From Coraliomargarita sp. (GTDB lineage Bacteria; Verrucomicrobiota; Verrucomicrobiia; Opitutales; Coraliomargaritaceae): a DNA stretch of 64,000 nt. Below the pieces are notes generated by a model that did no database searches, had not been told where the DNA came from, and saw only the letters and a program-made list of their open reading frames with translations. The stretch is taken from the NCBI GenBank assembly GCA_965216325.1, contig OZ244160.1, forward strand, positions 1,024,001 to 1,088,000. The letters run 5' to 3'. The position numbers and the translations under genes are program-made. Of the stretch, positions 54,805 to 64,000 are shown piece by piece; the stretch's first letter is position 1; every line of letters starts with the position of its first letter.

Positions 54805-54966
54805 TTAACAATCCTGCTCCTGGCAGCAGGAACCGCGGTCGATATAGCACTGCAAGCATACGTAGTTCCCGTCGATGCGCTCACTGGTGGGCGCTCCACA
54901 ATACTGGCAACCACCGATGACCTCTGTCACATGTTTGGAGGGCTGTTGCGGTTCTTTGTCTTTCAT
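54805..54966 (-). CDS. Small Cys-rich protein (53 aa), not in the supplied ORF track
   Basis: Manual translation MKDKEPQQPSKHVTEVIGGCQYCGAPTSERIDGNYVCLQCYIDRGSCCQEQDC; two CxxC motifs plus CC and a terminal C. Confidence 0.7.
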   Translation of the reverse strand: MKDKEPQQPSKHVTEVIGGCQYCGAPTSERIDGNYVCLQCYIDRGSCCQEQDC

Positions 54967-55095
54967 CTCCTGTAATATCTTGGTGCCTCAAGGGGCCTGC
55001 AATTACGAATACGTGCCAGCCACGCTTTCGGATTGATTCCGCTGCATGAGGTGGCAATTCTGCAACGCTTCACTCCAACAGAAGAGATCATAATT

Positions 55096-56004
55096 ATGGC
55101 AAAAGGATTACTTTTTTCCGGACAAGGTGCACAGCAAGTCGGCATGGGTCGCTCGCTGTATGATAACTCGGAGATCGCGAAGGCGCTCTACGACGAGGCC
55201 AATGAGGTGCTTGGCTGGGACCTGAAAGGAATCTGCTTTAATGGCCCCGACGAGGCATTGACTGAAACAAAGGTCTGCCAGCCAGCCCTTTATGTGCAAG
55301 GCTACGCGCTCTACAGCATCCTTAAAGATCAGGACAAGCTCGACGACGTGACTGCGGCGTGCGGACTCAGCCTCGGTGAGCTCACTGCACTTGCTGCTGC
55401 GGGCGTCTACGATTTTGCAACGGGCCTTAAGCTGGTCGCTGAGCGCGGTCGCCTGATGCAAGAAGCTTGCGACGCGACGAAGGGGGGCATGGCTGCGGTT
55501 ATCGGCGGCACACCTGAAGCGGTGCAAGAGTTCTGCGACAAGTTCGACATCGAGATCGCCAACCTGAATTGTCCGGGGCAGATCGTCATTTCCGGCGAAA
55601 ACGAGAAGGTGCTCGAAGCCGTCGCCAATTCAAAGGAAGCAGGCTTTAAGCTCTGCAAGCCGCTCAATGTGGCTGGTGCGTATCACAGCCGCCTGATGGT
55701 GTCTGCACGCGATGCGTTCGCAGAGTTCATCAAGGATTTCGACTTTAAGGCTCCAGAGATAGCCGTTTACACCAATGTGACGGGTGCCCGCGTGTCCGAA
55801 CCGGCCGACATCAAGGAAAACCTCGTCAAACAGGTCGTTTCCTCGGTTCGCTTCGAGGACAACCTTCGCAACATGGCTGCTGAAAACAGCCTGACTGATT
55901 TCTACGAGTGTGGCCCTGGCAAGGTGCTCGCCGGCTTCGGTAAACGCATCGACCGCTCGCTCAACATCACACCGGTTTCCGAATTCGAAGACCTTTCTGC
56001 CTAA
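55096..56004 (+). CDS. fabD: Malonyl-CoA:ACP transacylase
   Basis: FSGQGAQ, CQPAL, GLSLGE, NLNCPGQIVISG, AGAYHS; start placed at ATG 55096. Confidence 0.96.
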   Translation: MAKGLLFSGQGAQQVGMGRSLYDNSEIAKALYDEANEVLGWDLKGICFNGPDEALTETKVCQPALYVQGYALYSILKDQDKLDDVTAACGLSLGELTALAAAGVYDFATGLKLVAERGRLMQEACDATKGGMAAVIGGTPEAVQEFCDKFDIEIANLNCPGQIVISGENEKVLEAVANSKEAGFKLCKPLNVAGAYHSRLMVSARDAFAEFIKDFDFKAPEIAVYTNVTGARVSEPADIKENLVKQVVSSVRFEDNLRNMAAENSLTDFYECGPGKVLAGFGKRIDRSLNITPVSEFEDLSA

Positions 56005-56020
56005 ATTAGGCAGAAAGCCT

Positions 56021-56158
56021 CTCTTAATCTTACTCATAATCCTACTCTTAATCCTAGCGCAGCCACCAAGTGCTAGGATTAAGTGCAGGATTGTTCGTTT
56101 CAGTAGTGGACAAGTCCGAAAAAGATTATGATTAAGACTAAGATTACGATTAAGACTT
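56021..56158. repeat. Degenerate hexamer repeat tracts in inverted arrangement
   Basis: TTAATC TTACTC ATAATC CTACTC TTAATC ... GATTAA GTGCAG GATTGT ... GATTAT GATTAA GACTAA GATTAC GATTAA. Confidence 0.75.
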
Positions 56159-56174
56159 AATAGTCTCCCTCTCA

Positions 56175-57980
56175 ATGACCGATCTGAACCATACTCGCAA
56201 CTTCTGCATTATCGCGCATGTCGACCACGGCAAAACGACGCTGTCTGACCGTATCCTCGAACTGACACGCACTGTCGAGATGCGTGAGATGAAGGACCAG
56301 CTACTCGACTCGATGGACCTGGAGCGCGAGCGTGGCATCACGATTAAGAGTCACCCGGTATCCATGGTCTATAAGGCACAGGATGGCCAGGACTACACTT
56401 TCAACCTGATCGACACGCCCGGACACGTGGATTTCTCCTATGAAGTGTCCCGTAGTTTGGCCGCGTGTGAGGGCGCGATGTTGCTGATCGACGCAGCACA
56501 GGGCATCGAAGCGCAAACCGTTGCCAATGCGCACCTTGCGATGGAGCAGGGGCTCGAAATCATTCCAGTTATCAACAAGGTGGATCTTCCAGGCGCGGAC
56601 ATTCCGGCCATTCAAGCGCAGCTGGAGGACGTCCTGGCAATTCCTGCTGAAGAGGCCGTGCTCACCAGCGGCAAGACCGGCATTGGCATTGAAGACCTTA
56701 TGCAGGCTGCAGTTGCACGTGTGCCGAAGCCACGTTGGGCAGAAATCAATGGCCTGCGCGTGCTAATTTTTGACTGTGTTTACGATGCCTTTAAGGGTGT
56801 CATTTGTTATGTGCGCGTATTCTCCGGTTCGGTGAAGCGGGGCGATACCATTGTTACGATGAGCGACCAGCGCAAGGCGCAGGTCAAGGAGGTCGGTAAG
56901 TTCTCGCCGGAAATGACCAAGCAAGAGACGCTGGTTCCCGGGGACGTCGGCTATATCGTGACGAACATTCGTGACGTCGCCGACATTAAGTTGGGTGACA
57001 CCATCACACTCGCCAATGCACCTGCCGAAGAAATGCTTCCTGGCTATAAGGAGGTCAGTCCGATGGTGTTCAGTGGCATTTATCCGATCGACACTAACGA
57101 CTACAATAAGCTGAAGGCGTCCGTTGGTAAACTGCGCCTCAATGATGCGGCCTTTGTGTATCAGTCTGAAAACTCAGTGGCGTTGGGCTTCGGTTTCCGT
57201 TGTGGTTTCTTGGGGCTATTGCACATGGAGATCATTCAGGAGCGCATTCGCCGTGAATACGATCTCGATGTGATTTCCACCTATCCGAGCGTGGTATATC
57301 ACGTAATGAAAACGGATGGTGAGCAAGTCGAAGTGCACAACCCGGTCCACCTACCAGACCCGGCCGAGATTGACTACATTGAAGAGCCGATGATCAAGGC
57401 CTCCATTCACATCCCAAGCGATTCGATTGGTGATGTGTTGGCGCTGATGAGTGAAAAACGTGGCCTGTGTGAGCACACTGAGACGATTGATGATACTCGT
57501 GTGATGCTGGTTTGCCGCGTGCCTTTGAATGAGATTTTGGTCGATTTCAACGACCGCCTAAAGAGCATCACACACGGCTATGGCTCAATGGACTACGAGA
57601 TGGACGGCTATGAGCAAGCCAAGCTGAACCGCTTGGATATCCTTGTGAATGGCGAACAAGTGGATGCGTTCTCATCGATTGTTCACGTGGATAAAGCCGA
57701 AGGCAAGGGCAGGGCGCTTTGCGCACGCCTCAAGGAGATCCTGCCACGCCAGATGTTCAAGATCGCCATTCAGGCTGCAATTGGTGGCAAGGTGGTTGCC
57801 CGCGAGACCATTAGCGCATTGCGTAAGGACGTGACCGCAAAGTGTTACGGTGGTGATATTTCCCGTAAGCGTAAGCTACTTGAAAAGCAGAAAGAGGGTA
57901 AGAAGCGCATGAAGAATATTGGCAGCGTTTCGATTCCTCAGGATGCCTTCATCAAAATCCTTAAGACATCTGACAGCTAG
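56175..57980 (+). CDS. lepA: Elongation factor 4
   Basis: AHVDHGKTT, RERGITIK, DTPGH, GFRCGFLGLLH, KCYGGDISRKRKLLEKQKEGK. Confidence 0.98.
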   Translation: MTDLNHTRNFCIIAHVDHGKTTLSDRILELTRTVEMREMKDQLLDSMDLERERGITIKSHPVSMVYKAQDGQDYTFNLIDTPGHVDFSYEVSRSLAACEGAMLLIDAAQGIEAQTVANAHLAMEQGLEIIPVINKVDLPGADIPAIQAQLEDVLAIPAEEAVLTSGKTGIGIEDLMQAAVARVPKPRWAEINGLRVLIFDCVYDAFKGVICYVRVFSGSVKRGDTIVTMSDQRKAQVKEVGKFSPEMTKQETLVPGDVGYIVTNIRDVADIKLGDTITLANAPAEEMLPGYKEVSPMVFSGIYPIDTNDYNKLKASVGKLRLNDAAFVYQSENSVALGFGFRCGFLGLLHMEIIQERIRREYDLDVISTYPSVVYHVMKTDGEQVEVHNPVHLPDPAEIDYIEEPMIKASIHIPSDSIGDVLALMSEKRGLCEHTETIDDTRVMLVCRVPLNEILVDFNDRLKSITHGYGSMDYEMDGYEQAKLNRLDILVNGEQVDAFSSIVHVDKAEGKGRALCARLKEILPRQMFKIAIQAAIGGKVVARETISALRKDVTAKCYGGDISRKRKLLEKQKEGKKRMKNIGSVSIPQDAFIKILKTSDS

Positions 57981-58003
57981 ACGTATCCAAACGATTGATA
58001 CAC

Positions 58004-59218
<1,215 letters not shown>

Positions 59219-59280
59219 TTTTCAGTCGTCCAGTCAGCTTGATTATATTTCCCAAGCCACAACTTATTTGCGCCTATGTC

Positions 59281-59308
59281 ACTACGCACAATATATATTA
59301 TGTCTAAT
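59281..59308. other. Probable chromosomal dif (XerCD) site
   Basis: ACTACGCACAA-TATATA-TTATGTCTAAT compared with E. coli GGTGCGCATAA-TGTATA-TTATGTTAAAT; intergenic. Confidence 0.82.
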
Positions 59309-59380
59309 TGAGGTTGCCGTGAGGGTCGTGCCCGTGTCCTAGTATCTTGCAACTGTTGAATGGCTTATTGGAAGCTGGCT

Positions 59381-59410
59381 TTGACATGCGCTCCACTTTA
59401 CTCGCATGAT
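59381..59410 (+). promoter_or_regulatory. Possible sigma-70 promoter of malQ
   Basis: TTGACA-N18-CATGAT, 24 bp upstream of the ATG. Confidence 0.4.
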
Positions 59411-59434
59411 GTCAACCCCTCTTACTAAGCGAAA

Positions 59435-60970
59435 ATGAGTTCACAGCAGAAACCTCTCTACGACTGGCTAACAAAACGTGCTGCTGGCGCGTTGCTTCAC
59501 ATCAGTTCCCTTCCATCAGCAACTGGCATCGGTAATTTTGGTTCCGGTGCGTATCGCTTTGTCGACTTTTTAAAATCCGCTGGTTTGTCGGTCTGGCAGT
59601 TGTGCCCGCTTGGGCCAACTGGTTTTGGTGACTCACCGTACCAGTGCTTTTCGGCTTTTGCAGGAAATCCCTATTTTATCGACCTTGAGCCGTTAATTCA
59701 CGAGGGCCTTATACATGAACATGAGATGGCGCCACTGCGCGCCCTTCCGTTAAACTCAAGCAACTACGGCGAGCTATATCAGGCAATCTGGCCGGTGCTC
59801 GAGGTCGCTTACGAGCGCTTCGCAGCCTCAGGCGCAGACCACATCCAAGACTACGGCTGCATTAAGCATTTCCGCACCGAACAGGCGCGTTGGCTCGATG
59901 ATTACGCCCTTTTCATGGCCTTAAAGAGCAACTTCGGGGGCAAGTGCTGGCTCGATTGGCCTGCTGGCTCACGAGACTATGCAAAAGCCAAGAAAGCGAA
60001 ACTTACAGCAAAGCTGACTAAGGCATTCGAAGCGCAGGTATTCTACCAGTATCTATTCTTTGCCCAGCTTGCAAAGTTACGAGCCTATGCGGCTGCAAAT
60101 GGCGTCGAAATCGTTGGCGATGTGCCGATTTTTGTCGCCTTGGATAGCGCCGACGTTTGGGCGAATCGCGCCCTCTTCCAATTGGAGAAATCGGGCAAAC
60201 CTAAGGCTGTGGCGGGTGTTCCGCCGGACGCCTTCTCCGATGATGGGCAACTTTGGGGGAATCCGCTTTACGACTGGAAGAGGCATCAAGCGGACGAGTT
60301 TCAATGGTGGATTGAACGCATTCAGAGCAATCTCGCCTTCTTCGACATTGTCCGACTCGACCATTTCCGTGGCTTCGAATCGTATTGGTCGGTGCCTGCT
60401 GGCGATGAGACTGCGCGTAATGGCGAGTGGTTGCCCTGCCCTGGCCTGGAGTTGTTTGAGGCAATCCAGAAGGCTTGCCCGGACGCTAAATTCATTGCTG
60501 AAGATTTGGGCGTTATCACGGAGGAAGTTGAGGAGCTGTGTGCAGCGACTGGCTTGCCACGCATGGCAGTATTGCAGTTTGCCTTTGGTGATGGGCCGCA
60601 AAATCCTTTCTTGCCGCATAATATCGGCAGCAACTATGTCGTGTATTCAGGAACTCACGACAATGAGACAACTGTGGGTTGGTATGAGTCTGTGGATAGT
60701 ACAGTTCAGGACCACGCACGCCGTTATTTCAGTGTTTCCGGTGAAAACATGGCATGGGACTTTATACGCGCTGCACTACGCTCGCATGCCAAGTTGGCAA
60801 TTGTACCTTTGCAGGACTTCATGTCGCTTGGTAATGAGGCTCGTTTCAACTCCCCGGGTGAAGCGATGGGCAATTGGCAATGGCGCTACACCCCTGAGCA
60901 ATTGGATCAACTTCAACACGACAGTTCCGCCTACATTAAAGAGCAACTCGGAATGTATGGTCGGTTGTAG
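59435..60970 (+). CDS. malQ: 4-alpha-glucanotransferase (GH77)
   Basis: SPYQ-SAFAGNP, AGVPPD, GQLWGNPLY, RLDHFRGF, AEDLG, GTHDN, NWQWR. Confidence 0.96.
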   Translation: MSSQQKPLYDWLTKRAAGALLHISSLPSATGIGNFGSGAYRFVDFLKSAGLSVWQLCPLGPTGFGDSPYQCFSAFAGNPYFIDLEPLIHEGLIHEHEMAPLRALPLNSSNYGELYQAIWPVLEVAYERFAASGADHIQDYGCIKHFRTEQARWLDDYALFMALKSNFGGKCWLDWPAGSRDYAKAKKAKLTAKLTKAFEAQVFYQYLFFAQLAKLRAYAAANGVEIVGDVPIFVALDSADVWANRALFQLEKSGKPKAVAGVPPDAFSDDGQLWGNPLYDWKRHQADEFQWWIERIQSNLAFFDIVRLDHFRGFESYWSVPAGDETARNGEWLPCPGLELFEAIQKACPDAKFIAEDLGVITEEVEELCAATGLPRMAVLQFAFGDGPQNPFLPHNIGSNYVVYSGTHDNETTVGWYESVDSTVQDHARRYFSVSGENMAWDFIRAALRSHAKLAIVPLQDFMSLGNEARFNSPGEAMGNWQWRYTPEQLDQLQHDSSAYIKEQLGMYGRL

Positions 60971-61029
60971 CTCAGGCGTCTCGCCTGAGTCTTAGGTCTA
61001 ATTTAACACAGGCGAGACGCCTGTGTTAC
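60967..61029. repeat. GTAG-type REP doublet between convergent genes
   Basis: GTAGCTCAGGCGTCTCGCCTGAG faces an inverted copy reading GTAACACAGGCGTCTCGCCTGTG. Confidence 0.8.
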
Positions 61030-61031
61030 GC

Positions 61032-61445
61032 CTAGATGTAATACATCTGCTCATTATCCCTGACGATGAAATCTTCCAGCGTGTAAGCCTTCACCTTTTC
61101 CTCGAAGCTCTTGCCAATATCGCACCAGATGCCGGCAACGCGTTCGCCCGAGTGACCATCAGTGTCGAAGTTGCGTTCCAGTAGTTCGCTGTCGACCGCG
61201 TTGATGATCTGAGCTAGGCCAATCTTATTCGGCTCGTGTGCGAGCGCATAGCCACCCTGCTTGCCTCGTTTGCTGGTGATCAGGCCGGATGTGCGCAGCT
61301 CGTTGAGGATTTGCACCAAATAGTTGGCCGGAATCGCCTCGGCCTCAGCAAGCGTGTCAATGTGGGCCAATTTTTCTTGTCCGTAGCTACGCCCTAATTG
61401 GGCCAAAACGCGGCAGGCATACTCAAGCTTGTGGGACAGTTTCAT
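61032..61445 (-). CDS. Rrf2-family transcriptional regulator lacking the three-Cys Fe-S motif (CymR-like)
   Basis: IPANYLVQILNEL, SKRGKQGGYAL, C-terminal MYYI. Confidence 0.92.
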   Translation of the reverse strand: MKLSHKLEYACRVLAQLGRSYGQEKLAHIDTLAEAEAIPANYLVQILNELRTSGLITSKRGKQGGYALAHEPNKIGLAQIINAVDSELLERNFDTDGHSGERVAGIWCDIGKSFEEKVKAYTLEDFIVRDNEQMYYI

Positions 61446-61604
61446 TGTCCTTTTCTTAGGCTCTTGACCTAAGAAGTAAACTTATTTCTCAGGGCGGTTA
61501 AAATTACACGCGGATGGGTGTTGTAAGTGACTCATTCACAGTGCTATATGCGCGAGAATAAAAATATGTTTTAGCGTGACTTTTTAGTGGCAACTTTAGG
61601 CTAA

Positions 61605-64000
<2,396 letters not shown>

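Noticed and set aside
55363..55380. FabD active-site motif GLSLGE instead of GHSLGE
   Set aside because: The catalytic Ser is intact and this variant is known in other FabD proteins
60060..60995. 311-aa alternate-frame ORF inside malQ
   Set aside because: Lies almost entirely within an intact GH77 gene; Arg/Ser-rich off-frame composition with no recognisable motif

Overview
Gene-dense bacterial chromosomal window of roughly 50-55% GC, estimated by eye. Gene content and style suggest Verrucomicrobiota (Opitutae / Coraliomargarita-like); this is an inference. Most of it is housekeeping: mpl, hisF, acs, ilvE, mcsA-mcsB-clpC, hflX, ackA-pta, dinB, dusB, rph, rpsA, a bioABDF-(esterase)-bioC operon, fabD, lepA-lepB, malQ and a partial gyrB. 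A probable chromosomal dif site lies at 59281-59308. I found no rRNA, tRNA, CRISPR array, transposase or integrase. The most interesting regions are: (1) a six-gene cluster at 16294-21485 encoding a rhodopsin-like membrane protein without the retinal lysine, a Pro/Ala-rich single-pass protein, a pseudokinase, an unknown protein, an orphan ParA and a protein with RNAP alpha-CTD-like motifs; (2) a single AT-rich ORF bracketed by 30-bp inverted repeats with dif-like 11-6-11 architecture (45552-45991); (3) a BioB with an altered auxiliary Fe-S ligand set and an uncalled 53-aa Cys-rich ORF just upstream of the bio operon; (4) a secreted Cys-heptad-repeat peptide; (5) a sigma-54 consensus promoter ahead of a ctsR-less mcsAB-clpC operon; (6) several unrelated GTAG-type REP doublets and degenerate hexamer repeats. 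All family assignments come from motif recognition by eye; no database search was run.
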